A stretch of 64,000 nucleotides of DNA from IMG/VR virus record IMGVR_UViG_3300032782_000001, positions 310,001-374,000 of that record. One strand, given 5' to 3'. Each line of letters starts with the position of its first letter. The stretch's first letter is position 1. Of the stretch, positions 10,161 to 19,487 are shown one piece after another. The notes under the pieces were generated by a model. It was not told the DNA's origin. It ran no database searches and saw nothing but the letters and a program-made list of their open reading frames with translations. Both the position numbers and the translations under genes were made by a program.

Positions 10161-11408
10161 TCAGCCGCCAAATTGCTGCGGAAATTCCCTCTCGAGGGTG
10201 CGACGCATCTGGTCCCCTTCAGCCGCGTAGAGCGCCTCGAGGAAAGTAGGAGTAGCTCCGTGCTTCTTAACACGCTCCATGCGCTCCGCGAGCTTGCCTT
10301 CAAACGACCAATCCTTGGGGAACTTCGGATCAATCCGACGTGCCATCCGGATCTTGGGCGGAAGATTAGTATCTACTTCCACGGGTGTAGCTACGGCCGG
10401 TTTGGCTGCCGGTTTGGCTGCCGGTTTGGCTGCCATTTTAGTAGCCTTCGAGGTCACCTTGGGCTGCGCCACGGGTTTGGCGGCAACCTTCTTTGCCGGA
10501 GCATGCTTCTTTGCCGGAGGATCCTTGGTAGCCACACGAGCATGGCCGTTAACATGTCCATTCTGACGATTCCGGATATTGCTCGTATCTTGAACGTCAA
10601 TACCTTCTGCAGAATGATTGCGGCTACTGTGACGGACTTGTCCGATGTATTGACCGCCGTCCTCGTCCCCATCATAGACCTGTTCGCGATCCACGTTTCC
10701 GACATTCATTCGAATGTCGATGCCTTCCTGATGGACATTACGACCAGCTCGATGGACCCTGCCAGCACCGAAATCCACGTGTTGGGAACGCTCAATATCC
10801 TTGGCTTTTCCGGGTTCCTTTAGGATGTCCACCTTGCCAATGTTAGCAGGAGTCATGACACGGCCGATGGTCCGGCCATCCTGCTGGTCAATGTCGCTCA
10901 TGCTCGGGTTAAGAACCCGCTGACCGGCATTCGGATTGATGGGAGCACGGAAATTGACCTGACGGTCGTCATCCTGAACCACTCCCCGACGGTTATTGGT
11001 GTGATTGAGATGACCAGCAATTCGGCCACGGTCATCCCGGGGAAGTTTCTGTCGATCGGTCACAGTCAAAACCGTTTCCTCGTCCAGGCTTTCTGTGGCC
11101 ATGCTCTGAGGCTGAGTCCTCTGAACTCGACTCAGATCGGTAGTCTTGCTTTGAGACTTCGCAACAGCCCGAGAAGTATTGAAAGCGGGCGGTACATAGT
11201 CGTGATCCGGGTTGATTCGAGCCCAGTCGCTACGGATGGCCCCTCGAAGGGTCGGGGTTGGGAATTCAGTCCCAGAATAACGACAGACGCTTCCATCGTA
11301 TTCGAATTCATCACCCTTCTGAATAGTAATTTCATCTTTGCCACCAATACGAATCTTCATATTGGCAAAGAACTTCAGATACTCGCCACGCTTCCATTGG
11401 ACGTCCAT
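10161..11408 (-). CDS. Hypothetical protein with histone-H1-like Lys/Ala/Pro tract
   Basis: 415 aa; AAGGAG RBS; AAKP repeats. Confidence 0.7.
   Translation of the reverse strand: MDVQWKRGEYLKFFANMKIRIGGKDEITIQKGDEFEYDGSVCRYSGTEFPTPTLRGAIRSDWARINPDHDYVPPAFNTSRAVAKSQSKTTDLSRVQRTQPQSMATESLDEETVLTVTDRQKLPRDDRGRIAGHLNHTNNRRGVVQDDDRQVNFRAPINPNAGQRVLNPSMSDIDQQDGRTIGRVMTPANIGKVDILKEPGKAKDIERSQHVDFGAGRVHRAGRNVHQEGIDIRMNVGNVDREQVYDGDEDGGQYIGQVRHSSRNHSAEGIDVQDTSNIRNRQNGHVNGHARVATKDPPAKKHAPAKKVAAKPVAQPKVTSKATKMAAKPAAKPAAKPAVATPVEVDTNLPPKIRMARRIDPKFPKDWSFEGKLAERMERVKKHGATPTFLEALYAAEGDQMRRTLEREFPQQFGG
10396..10434. repeat. 12-bp coding tandem repeat (GCCGGTTTGGCT x3; encodes AAKP)
   Basis: Read directly from the sequence. 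Confidence 0.9.
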
Positions 11409-11517
11409 ATTTGACTCCTTGTGTCTCGGACCATTCTACGAAGCGGTTGAGTCGCTTGTTATTAAAATTTTAAAATGAGTCATATTAATCATTCAAGAAT
11501 GACATCACGAGTGTCCT

Positions 11518-13551
11518 TTGGAGAAAATGAAATTCAGTAAAAAGATCAAGGGTACGGCAATCGTTCTGACGTCTTTAGTGATTCTGACGTCTACGGCAGT
11601 AGCTCTGACTCCTCATTTCATTCGGCAGAAAGCAGAAACTTGGGGAGTCAACCATGGGATGAAGATCACTTTCAAAGAAGCTCATTTAAGACCCTGGGGA
11701 GTAATGCTCGAGGATGTCCGCGCTGAAATGTCTAATCCCCAAAAGTTCCAAGCATTCGCACTTGAAGTTCGACTGATTGGGTTTACTTCTTTGGATAGGA
11801 TCGAAGTCCATAACGGGACGGTGGACATGGAAGGACCCATGGAGTCTTTCCGGAAGCATTCAGAATACGGAGATCAGAAGGATAGTCATAAATCGCCAGA
11901 AATTGCAGCCGATGGTTTGACGATCAGATGGAAAAAATGGTCTGGAGACAACAGCTTGATTTATGCAGATTGGGTTGGGATTCGAATGGGCAAGAAAACG
12001 GAAGCAAATTCGAAAACTGTAAGAATTGAAAATCAGAATTTTGAAGTATTAGCAGAAGGAATGCAAGCTGAAAAAACGGATTGTGGAGGCCGATTCCGAT
12101 TCCACAGTCTAAACGTTACGGTGAAAGAAGGAGCCAGCGGTTCATTACTACAGTCTCCAATTCCAGGAGTACCCGGAGCCACGGGATCCCATGGGGCTGT
12201 GTGCGTAGCTTTGAACACGGATTCCATGACACTGGACCTCCCTTCCAGGAAAGTAGATATTGCGGAATTCGGATTTACAGGTGGACGAGGAGAAAATAAA
12301 AACATTGATCTAGGTTGGGGTGCAAAGAAAATTTCTACAAAAGGTATTGAAGTAGAAGATTCAGGCGGAAGCATCCATGGAATCATGTCAAATTCAGAAA
12401 TGAATTTATTTGCATCAAGTATGACGATTGAACACCCATCCATAGCTGAAGATCCAGTGCAATTCAAACATATCAGTACAAAATCCACAATCAAAAGGAA
12501 TGAAGGAATTCAAGCCAATGGATGGCTACAAGTAGAACATGTCATCATCCCATTTGATATTGATTGGAATGAAGACGAGTATAAAATCCGATCCGTACTT
12601 CAACCATCGATTCCTGATCGTGAAACTATCACGACCGAAATCATTCCCGTTAAGTGTGAAAACTTAGTGGAATCAGTGCCAAGTCTCTTGAAAGATGTAG
12701 GTCAAGTGGAGCTTGACGGAGACATTGCTCTAGCATTCGGAGTGGAGAAAATCCGAAACGCAGATCCAATCGTGACTTTCAAGATGGATGAGCACTGCAA
12801 GATTGTAAGAATCCCGGATGAATTCTCAGTAAAGAAATTTGGGAAGAAATTCCACCGGAAAATTTTGAATGCATACGGAGGGGAAGAAGAAGTTGAAACT
12901 GGACCCGGAACAGATGGGTGGACTTACTTGGGTTTCATATCCCCGTACATGCCTTTAGCAGTCATGATGACTGAAGACCCGGGATTCAAAAATCATCATG
13001 GTTTTGATGTCGGAGCTATTGCCAATGCTGTAAGGGATGATATTAAGACTCATAAATTCCTAAGGGGTGCTAGCACTATATCAATGCAATTGGCAAAGAA
13101 TTTATGGTTGGATAGAGGCAAAACGGCTCAGCGAAAAGTCATGGAAGCCATCCTGACAAAGTATTTGGAGCAAACTCTAGGTAAAGACGCGATCATGGAG
13201 CTCTATCTGAATGTGGTTGAATTCGCTCCTGGTCTATATGGAATCGGAAAGGCCTCCAGGCATTATTTCAAGACCACACCGGAAAATTTGAGTCTGAGTC
13301 AGTGCCTATTTTTGTCTCTCATGCTTCCAAGGCCGAAGGCCAATCCATTCGAAAAAGATGGAAGATTATCTAAAAAGAGGATGGAACTCATCTATGTATT
13401 AATGAGGGGTCTCAAGGATAAAAATTGGATCTCTGAAGATGAATACAAAGACGGACTCGGGGAATGGGTGATTCGTGGAGAACCGCGCCCAGACCGAGTA
13501 GCAGTTGGATCGTCCCCTTCTGGGGAAATCGATACATCCGATTGGGAATGA
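11518..13551 (+). CDS. Membrane-anchored GT51 peptidoglycan transglycosylase-domain protein
   Basis: N-terminal TM segment; GT51 motifs EDPGFKNHHGFD, GASTISMQLAKNL, RKVMEA, IMELYLN; no transpeptidase domain. Confidence 0.88.
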   Translation: MEKMKFSKKIKGTAIVLTSLVILTSTAVALTPHFIRQKAETWGVNHGMKITFKEAHLRPWGVMLEDVRAEMSNPQKFQAFALEVRLIGFTSLDRIEVHNGTVDMEGPMESFRKHSEYGDQKDSHKSPEIAADGLTIRWKKWSGDNSLIYADWVGIRMGKKTEANSKTVRIENQNFEVLAEGMQAEKTDCGGRFRFHSLNVTVKEGASGSLLQSPIPGVPGATGSHGAVCVALNTDSMTLDLPSRKVDIAEFGFTGGRGENKNIDLGWGAKKISTKGIEVEDSGGSIHGIMSNSEMNLFASSMTIEHPSIAEDPVQFKHISTKSTIKRNEGIQANGWLQVEHVIIPFDIDWNEDEYKIRSVLQPSIPDRETITTEIIPVKCENLVESVPSLLKDVGQVELDGDIALAFGVEKIRNADPIVTFKMDEHCKIVRIPDEFSVKKFGKKFHRKILNAYGGEEEVETGPGTDGWTYLGFISPYMPLAVMMTEDPGFKNHHGFDVGAIANAVRDDIKTHKFLRGASTISMQLAKNLWLDRGKTAQRKVMEAILTKYLEQTLGKDAIMELYLNVVEFAPGLYGIGKASRHYFKTTPENLSLSQCLFLSLMLPRPKANPFEKDGRLSKKRMELIYVLMRGLKDKNWISEDEYKDGLGEWVIRGEPRPDRVAVGSSPSGEIDTSDWE

Positions 13552-14007
13552 TCAATCTTCCACGAGTTTGAACCGTTTCTTTTTCTCTGGTTTGTTAGAT
13601 TCCATTTTCAAGAAATTAGAAATTCGTTTAGGATTACTCCACTTCCTGGGTGCGCGAGGACCGTGTAGTTGGGAATCTAAAGTCCGAGCTTCAGACAGAG
13701 TCATGGGTTTGAGATTGGATCTACTACAGTTCAAAGTATTTCCGTCTAAGTATTTGACGGCAAAGCCCTTCTCCATTCTCGTCATCAGAATAACTGTCTT
13801 CATTCTTACCGAAGAATAAGAACCATCCCCGTTGGGATAACGAGTGATGGGCTCTCCTTTGGTATCCAAGGACCACTGGAATGATCGAACGAGTCCGTAG
13901 TCAGATTCGTCTATCGTGGCAAATAAGCCATCACCCACTTCAATGAATATCTTTCCTGGAATAGGCGTAGGCGGAGAATGTCCGTAGGTAACCTTGGTCC
14001 TACTCAT
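13552..14007 (-). CDS. Degenerate HNH-like protein
   Basis: ATIDESDY...YLDGNTLNCSRSNL resembles the HxNGxxLDNRxxNL type of HNH but lacks the catalytic His. Confidence 0.55.
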   Translation of the reverse strand: MSRTKVTYGHSPPTPIPGKIFIEVGDGLFATIDESDYGLVRSFQWSLDTKGEPITRYPNGDGSYSSVRMKTVILMTRMEKGFAVKYLDGNTLNCSRSNLKPMTLSEARTLDSQLHGPRAPRKWSNPKRISNFLKMESNKPEKKKRFKLVED

Positions 14008-14332
14008 ACATGATTATACTGAAGTCTTCTACGATCGCATCAGATTCAAGAAAGGCCATAATTCTTTCGAATCTCTCGTCAGTCACTAGTATGGCCGGAA
14101 CACTACGAACTCGGACCGGAGATAAATACCGATTTTCTGAATAGGCACGAATAACTGGCTCAGCAGAGATTCGATCGGCTACACGGGTAGCTATGACTCC
14201 ACGATCGGAGCTTGCAATCTGTGCAGCAATGGAAGCCATTCCGCAACCGCAATTACATTGATATCCGCAACCACATTCATCACCGCAATTACTGCCGCAC
14301 CCGCATGCACATGCGCATGAATGAACCATCAC
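14000..14332 (-). CDS. Small protein with Cys-rich metallothionein-like N-terminus
   Basis: CACACGCGSNCGDECGCGYQCNCGCG. Confidence 0.55.
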   Translation of the reverse strand: MMVHSCACACGCGSNCGDECGCGYQCNCGCGMASIAAQIASSDRGVIATRVADRISAEPVIRAYSENRYLSPVRVRSVPAILVTDERFERIMAFLESDAIVEDFSIIMYE

Positions 14333-14352
14333 AACAAGAATCCACTGAAGGC

Positions 14353-15048
14353 TTAAGAATCCATGACGTCGCGAACGAGAAGTTCGTCGTATACGAACAT
14401 GAAATCCTCTCTGGAGAGGACATTAGCATTCACGTGACCTTGGGCCCAATTCCTGAATTTCTGGAGTTGGTCCTCATGATGTTCAGCGTGGAATTTGTCG
14501 ACAGCTTTCAATTCATCTTTATCAGCAAGGGCCCGTTGATGTTCTCGTTCCAACGTTGATTCTATTTCTTCTTTCAATTTATCGAGAACTTCACTCCCAA
14601 CAATGCCTTGAATAGTACGCCAAAAGGCTTTCTTATTGGAAATTGCCGATTTCCAAGCAGAATTAACATCGGCAGCAATAGTCATGTGAGCTGACTCCAT
14701 AATATCTTCAATGAATTGGTTCCACCCAATAATTTTGACAATAGTATGGGATTCCGGAACATCGGCTTCAATATGAAAATGATATTGAGTAACAGTCTGC
14801 ATGGAAGTACCAAACCGGACTTCGATCCTGCAATGAACACTCCGAATCCGAATCAGAACGAATCGGGCAGCGGCTCGGACTACAGAAACTCGCACAGAGT
14901 CCGGGACTACGATTCCCGGTGATAGGGAGTCAAATTTGGAATAGAGACCGCTTATGACTCGCCGATTAAGCAAATCGAGAAACTGAATTCGAGATTTTTG
15001 CGTCTCTTCTTCAATTATTTCAACACGGGATGCAGACCGCCATTCCAT
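14353..15048 (-). CDS. Hypothetical protein with C-terminal VRDVMDS tag
   Basis: 231-aa ORF; -10-like TATTTT 6 nt before the ATG. Confidence 0.65.
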   Translation of the reverse strand: MEWRSASRVEIIEEETQKSRIQFLDLLNRRVISGLYSKFDSLSPGIVVPDSVRVSVVRAAARFVLIRIRSVHCRIEVRFGTSMQTVTQYHFHIEADVPESHTIVKIIGWNQFIEDIMESAHMTIAADVNSAWKSAISNKKAFWRTIQGIVGSEVLDKLKEEIESTLEREHQRALADKDELKAVDKFHAEHHEDQLQKFRNWAQGHVNANVLSREDFMFVYDELLVRDVMDS

Positions 15049-15121
15049 TCAATCAAAATACAACAACATCGATGACAAACGAGCCCTAATCACGCCATCA
15101 ACTCAACAATCGGTTAGAAGG

Positions 15122-15400
15122 TCAGGTCATAATTTCAATCAATGTCAATCGAGCCAATGCTTCTTCTTCCGATCTAGCAATGAAACAAGCATGAACGAAA
15201 TCTGAAGAAGTCCGAAGTCGCATTACAAACACATTCATACCTGCTTCTTCAGCCAATCGGAGGACTTGACCCTCGCGACCTTTCTTTCTGAATTCAGGGT
15301 CCTTCTCCGACCAACTCATGTCGCAATATTCAGCAATGTTTTCTTGATCCCGAAAATCATTCATAAGTCCGGGGTAAGCAATGTGTATGATTTTTGCCAT
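15122..15400 (-). CDS. Hypothetical protein (ends LIEIMT)
   Basis: 92-aa ORF immediately downstream of pyrF. Confidence 0.55.
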   Translation of the reverse strand: MAKIIHIAYPGLMNDFRDQENIAEYCDMSWSEKDPEFRKKGREGQVLRLAEEAGMNVFVMRLRTSSDFVHACFIARSEEEALARLTLIEIMT

Positions 15401-15402
15401 GT

Positions 15403-16107
15403 TTAGACCATGGAAAGCAAGGCTGAACCAATCTCTGCGGCTACAGCTCGAGCTGCGGCTACAGGATTGGCCGCGTCACGAATAGGACGACCAACAACGA
15501 TGAGATCAGCGCCAGCTCGGATAGCAGCAGCAGGCGTAGAAATGCGTTTTTGGTCCCCCGAATCAGAACCCGATGGCCGAATGCCAGGGACCACGATAAA
15601 TGCTTCCGGGCCCAACAACTGGCGAAGAACTGATACTTCAAGAGGAGAACACACGAATCCACGAACCCCACAATCCCAAGCCATTTTGGCAAGACCTGAA
15701 ACCTGATCTTTTACAGGGCGACTAATCCCGGTAACACGGAGGTCTTCATCATTCATTGAAGTCAATACCGTGACCGCCAGAATTTTGGCATTCGCTCCAG
15801 TTGCAGACACAGCCCGTCGCAACATCTCGGGACCACCTGAAGCATGAACTGTCAAATACTTCACTCCATGCTTCATGGCTGATTTCACAGCCCTTTCTAC
15901 GGTCTCTGGTATATCGTGAAGCTTCAAATCCAAGAAAACATCCAAATTTAGATCTCGTCCGATTCGGAGAATGCCTGGCCCAGCAGCCACAAAGAGTTCG
16001 AGACCGATCTTCAAGACACCGATTTCATCTGCGAGCTTCTCTGCGAGAGAGCCCGCCTCGTCAATGGTGGAAACGTCGAGCGGGAGGACGATTCGGCTCT
16101 TAGCCAT
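15403..16107 (-). CDS. pyrF: Orotidine-5'-phosphate decarboxylase
   Basis: FLDLKLHDIPETV, LTVHASGG, VTVLTS, PGIRP, DQKR, VVGRPI. Start placed at ATG 16107 (MAKSRIVLPLD), 5 nt after TATCAT. Confidence 0.95.
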   Translation of the reverse strand: MAKSRIVLPLDVSTIDEAGSLAEKLADEIGVLKIGLELFVAAGPGILRIGRDLNLDVFLDLKLHDIPETVERAVKSAMKHGVKYLTVHASGGPEMLRRAVSATGANAKILAVTVLTSMNDEDLRVTGISRPVKDQVSGLAKMAWDCGVRGFVCSPLEVSVLRQLLGPEAFIVVPGIRPSGSDSGDQKRISTPAAAIRAGADLIVVGRPIRDAANPVAAARAVAAEIGSALLSMV

Positions 16108-16142
16108 TTCTGATGATACAACGAAGTTATCCAAGCGTATCT

Positions 16143-16547
16143 ATGATCATGAAAGTTAAAGTTCAGTCCCAAAAGAAAGAACCAGATTTCAGACCTCCTC
16201 GTAATCGAACTCCTTTTTGGAAGAAATCCATCGATAATGGATTTGAGCTAAGGGCATATCTAATTTCCAACATGAATTTAGATATTTTCAATAAAATGCC
16301 CGAATCTGAAATAGTAATTGAATGTTTTGAACTCGCTATTCTAGTAATTGGCGATAAGTGTAGAACGTGGAATGGGATAGTTATTAGCAGAAACAAAGAA
16401 TGGCTAGCTGGTGAAATGAATTCAGATGGAGAATGGACCAAAGATCCTCCCCAGGCATGCCAAAAATTCATGAAAATAGATAAAATCAAAATGGCCGCGC
16501 AAGAATTGCAACGGCTGCTTATCATTCGTCGTGTCATGGAGTCATAG
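16143..16547 (+). CDS. Hypothetical protein with C-terminal IRRVMES tag
   Basis: Track ORF 16113-16547; first ATG that does not overlap pyrF used as start. Confidence 0.6.
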   Translation: MIMKVKVQSQKKEPDFRPPRNRTPFWKKSIDNGFELRAYLISNMNLDIFNKMPESEIVIECFELAILVIGDKCRTWNGIVISRNKEWLAGEMNSDGEWTKDPPQACQKFMKIDKIKMAAQELQRLLIIRRVMES

Positions 16548-16548
16548 T

Positions 16549-17346
16549 TCAGGCATTCGGATTGATAGGCCAACCACGTTTCCTGAAAAACGTTTGAACT
16601 TCTTCTTTCGCCATTTGTGATGATTTCCCAGTCCGGTTGGATATAGCGGTTGCCAATGCATCCAATTCAGATTGACCTACATCACTTCTACCGGTTTGTA
16701 CGAGCCAGTGAAGAAGAGAAGCCGGACTGCCGGTAGGAGACTTATACTTCTTCTTCCGCTTTTCAGACTGAGCATAGTCTGGAGGATTGGAAGAGATTTC
16801 CTGAATGATTTGTTTGATTCCGGATCGGAATTTATCTGGATTTTGGATTTGAACTTCCAAGACTTTTTCTTGTTCGTCAAGGAGAAGAGTGACTTGACCA
16901 AGATCAGCAGTCACACCTTCGGGATCGCACCCACCTTGAAGAGTTTTGTTGTAATAACAAGCACTGAAAGATAGACTAATATCTCCTCCGCCTTTCGAAT
17001 GCTTAAATCCTGGTAGGACCGTGTCGGGAGCCTCGGATTGGAACTGATTGGGATCGTAAGTGCCACGAATCAGACATCCTCCAATAATTCCTTCAGCCTT
17101 CCAAGTAGCAGGTTGAAGAGCAAATGAAACATAACCTTTACGCCAACCCTTGCCAGATTCATGGGTGTCGTAAAACTCTCCGAATTCACCTGGAATAAGT
17201 CTCTCAATTTCAGCTTGAAGAGCATCTCGAATCGCCAATGCAAGAGATTTGTCCGTGGCGATTAGATGAAGGACCGCCACACGACGTCTCATAGCCTCCG
17301 AAAGGCTTCTGGCAATTACTCGGGAAGTAATGGCACTCATGTCCAA
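16549..17346 (-). CDS. Hypothetical protein (possible virion protein)
   Basis: 265-aa ORF; N-terminal SRVIAR...RRVA. Confidence 0.6.
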   Translation of the reverse strand: MDMSAITSRVIARSLSEAMRRRVAVLHLIATDKSLALAIRDALQAEIERLIPGEFGEFYDTHESGKGWRKGYVSFALQPATWKAEGIIGGCLIRGTYDPNQFQSEAPDTVLPGFKHSKGGGDISLSFSACYYNKTLQGGCDPEGVTADLGQVTLLLDEQEKVLEVQIQNPDKFRSGIKQIIQEISSNPPDYAQSEKRKKKYKSPTGSPASLLHWLVQTGRSDVGQSELDALATAISNRTGKSSQMAKEEVQTFFRKRGWPINPNA

Positions 17347-17362
17347 GCGAGGAACAAAAAGG

Positions 17363-17725
17363 TCAGTCGTCCTCTAAATTGGGACCGAGATCCCAAATGT
17401 CAGCTAAATGCTCTTCCGTTACCGAAAGATGCGGATAGATACCGTCATGAATTTCTCGATGGCAATTGGAACAGACAAGAATGCACTTATCTAGCTCACG
17501 ACGGAGAACTTCAGGCGAAGTTCCAAGTCGACTAGACACATCAAAATCTTTCTCACCAGGATCCAAATGATGGAATTCGAGGGCTCTTAAACATTTACCA
17601 TATTGGCAAAGAGAACATTTACCGCCCTTATATCTGACGGCCCAGTCTTTTAGACGCAGGCGTTTAAGCTGAGCGTCTTGCCTATCACCAATACGCTTCA
17701 ACCACTGCTCGGACCCAGAAGGCAC
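17363..17725 (-). CDS. HNH endonuclease
   Basis: CSLC...EFHHLDP...CSNCHREIH. Confidence 0.85.
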   Translation of the reverse strand: MPSGSEQWLKRIGDRQDAQLKRLRLKDWAVRYKGGKCSLCQYGKCLRALEFHHLDPGEKDFDVSSRLGTSPEVLRRELDKCILVCSNCHREIHDGIYPHLSVTEEHLADIWDLGPNLEDD

Positions 17726-17736
17726 CGAAACATTAC

Positions 17737-18045
17737 TCAGTAAGATGTCTGATGGCAGTGAGGGGAGTCCGGGTTCTTATTCTTGCAGTAAATAGACCAA
17801 GCAGTAGCCCAAGCTTGGGCATCCGTATAACCCGGATTCTTATCTTTGACTTCTTTGACGTACCGTTCAACGTCCTTGGGGACGTTGACAGCCACAGTCT
17901 CTTCTTGAGCGCATTCTTCAGAAGAAAGGATAGAAATCAATTGTGAGATATCTGCCGCAACGAGCCTACGGTCAGGACGAGTCGAGTTCTCGATTTTTGA
18001 CGCAATAACTCGAAGGTGTTCAGCAAACGCTCGCGGGCCATTCAT
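17737..18045 (-). CDS. Hypothetical protein
   Basis: Likely start MNGPRAF at 18045; C-terminal AWATAWSIYCK domain. Confidence 0.6.
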   Translation of the reverse strand: MNGPRAFAEHLRVIASKIENSTRPDRRLVAADISQLISILSSEECAQEETVAVNVPKDVERYVKEVKDKNPGYTDAQAWATAWSIYCKNKNPDSPHCHQTSY

Positions 18046-18088
18046 GCAAATTAGAAGACATGAAAGAATTAAGATTGGGAAGCATAAA

Positions 18089-18577
18089 ATGAATGGACCG
18101 AAATCATTTGTTGGAGTTACAGGACCTGTTGGTCCTGGCTTCATGGGATCAGTCGGGTCTAAGAATTTGCAAGGCGCAAATGGCCCTGTAGGCCCGATGG
18201 GACCTGTAGGACCATTTGGTGCGACCGGACCTACAGGTCCAATGGGTCCTTCTAAAGTCTATTGGTTCTTGGAGTCCGGTGAGATGAGAGAAGCCGTCGG
18301 CCCTAAACCCGATGGTATCACCTGGATACTAGAAGAGTATCAGACCAGAAATTTGGCTATTTTATTCCAATTGGATAGTTCTTCGTACGTCCAACGAATT
18401 TGGTTAAATCATCAGGACATGCTTCAAGATGATGATCCGAAGGGGATCTTATTCGAAAAATACACAGAAATGTATAAGCATGCCCCTATCGATGGAAAAA
18501 TGTCGGCGTTTCTCGTTATGGTAGCAAGGGATTTGAAGAATAATGGATGGACCATATGGCCCATTATGATTAGTTAG
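18089..18577 (+). CDS. Protein with short collagen-like tract (ends IWPIMIS)
   Basis: [22 protein letters not shown]. Confidence 0.65.
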   Translation: MNGPKSFVGVTGPVGPGFMGSVGSKNLQGANGPVGPMGPVGPFGATGPTGPMGPSKVYWFLESGEMREAVGPKPDGITWILEEYQTRNLAILFQLDSSSYVQRIWLNHQDMLQDDDPKGILFEKYTEMYKHAPIDGKMSAFLVMVARDLKNNGWTIWPIMIS

Positions 18578-19161
18578 GCTGGTCGGGCCAACATGACGTT
18601 GAATCCTCCGCGTTCTCGGAGAAAATCATTGACGTCCACCCATTCCTCATCAGGAGTGCTTGCTGCAGAACAAGAGACTAAAACTTGATGGTCGATCCTG
18701 AAAGCTCCAGGAACATCCAAAGAAACAGTCACATCTCTGGCGCCGCACAAGAGGACCCAGTGATTCGGCCCGGGTCCAAATGCACCTGATTTTGTAGAAT
18801 CAACATTTGCTATCCCGTAGTGACCAGCATCCAATCCGAGACGGATGTAGTGGAACCACTGAATAGAATGAAGATTACTGTGCGGTCCCCAAGCCGCAAG
18901 ACTGCTCATCCAGGGTTGAAGCCAAATCGGAGCATCCACCAACACACGATCCAGAAGCCCTCGTCCATGGGCTTCCCGAAGTGCTAAATGCATATTATGA
19001 TAATTGATGGACTGAATTTTACCTTCACAAAATTCACTGTAGACCCGAAAGGGATCCCATCCTAAAAGACCACCAAGGACGCACGGACCACAATCCCCTC
19101 CCGAATTCAAATGTGGCTGTGGCTGTGGCACCACTCGTCTGGGAAGAGTGATTTCCATCAT
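18574..19161 (-). CDS. Papain-like/C39-like cysteine peptidase (putative)
   Basis: Q...DCGPCVL nucleophile region and later HWVLL. Confidence 0.55.
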   Translation of the reverse strand: MMEITLPRRVVPQPQPHLNSGGDCGPCVLGGLLGWDPFRVYSEFCEGKIQSINYHNMHLALREAHGRGLLDRVLVDAPIWLQPWMSSLAAWGPHSNLHSIQWFHYIRLGLDAGHYGIANVDSTKSGAFGPGPNHWVLLCGARDVTVSLDVPGAFRIDHQVLVSCSAASTPDEEWVDVNDFLRERGGFNVMLARPA

Positions 19162-19472
19162 TTCCCTGGGCGACGCATGCCGCCACCGACAGATTCACTA
19201 TTCCCGTCGCGGTCCAAAGTCGAAAGTTGATAAATTTGAATCGCCTGGCGAGCAAGGCGCTCATGTTCAGGTTTCAAGACCCCGCTCTTGATGACTCGCA
19301 TCACGAACTGGGGGTTTTTCCTCAGAAAAGGATTCTGTGGGAGTTCTACCGAGTCCCCCGGGAGAGCTACACGGGCCTTCTCTTCGGCCGGAGTCCTACC
19401 CGGATCGATAGGAGGATTTGTGTGAATGAGATCACGAAGACCCTTGTGCTCCATTATCAATATGGAGCACAA
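19158..19472 (-). CDS. Hypothetical protein
   Basis: 104-aa ORF with a 4-bp overlap into the next gene. Confidence 0.5.
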   Translation of the reverse strand: MCSILIMEHKGLRDLIHTNPPIDPGRTPAEEKARVALPGDSVELPQNPFLRKNPQFVMRVIKSGVLKPEHERLARQAIQIYQLSTLDRDGNSESVGGGMRRPGK

Positions 19473-19487
19473 GAGGCCTCGGATGAA

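Noticed and set aside
6820-17365. CTTTT(T)AT-like motif upstream of several structural genes as a late promoter
   Set aside because: Too degenerate and variably spaced to support by eye; needs MEME on the full genome.
18034-18100. Divergent genes both starting MNGP, forming a 12-bp imperfect inverted repeat
   Set aside because: Too short, and no recombinase nearby; probably chance.
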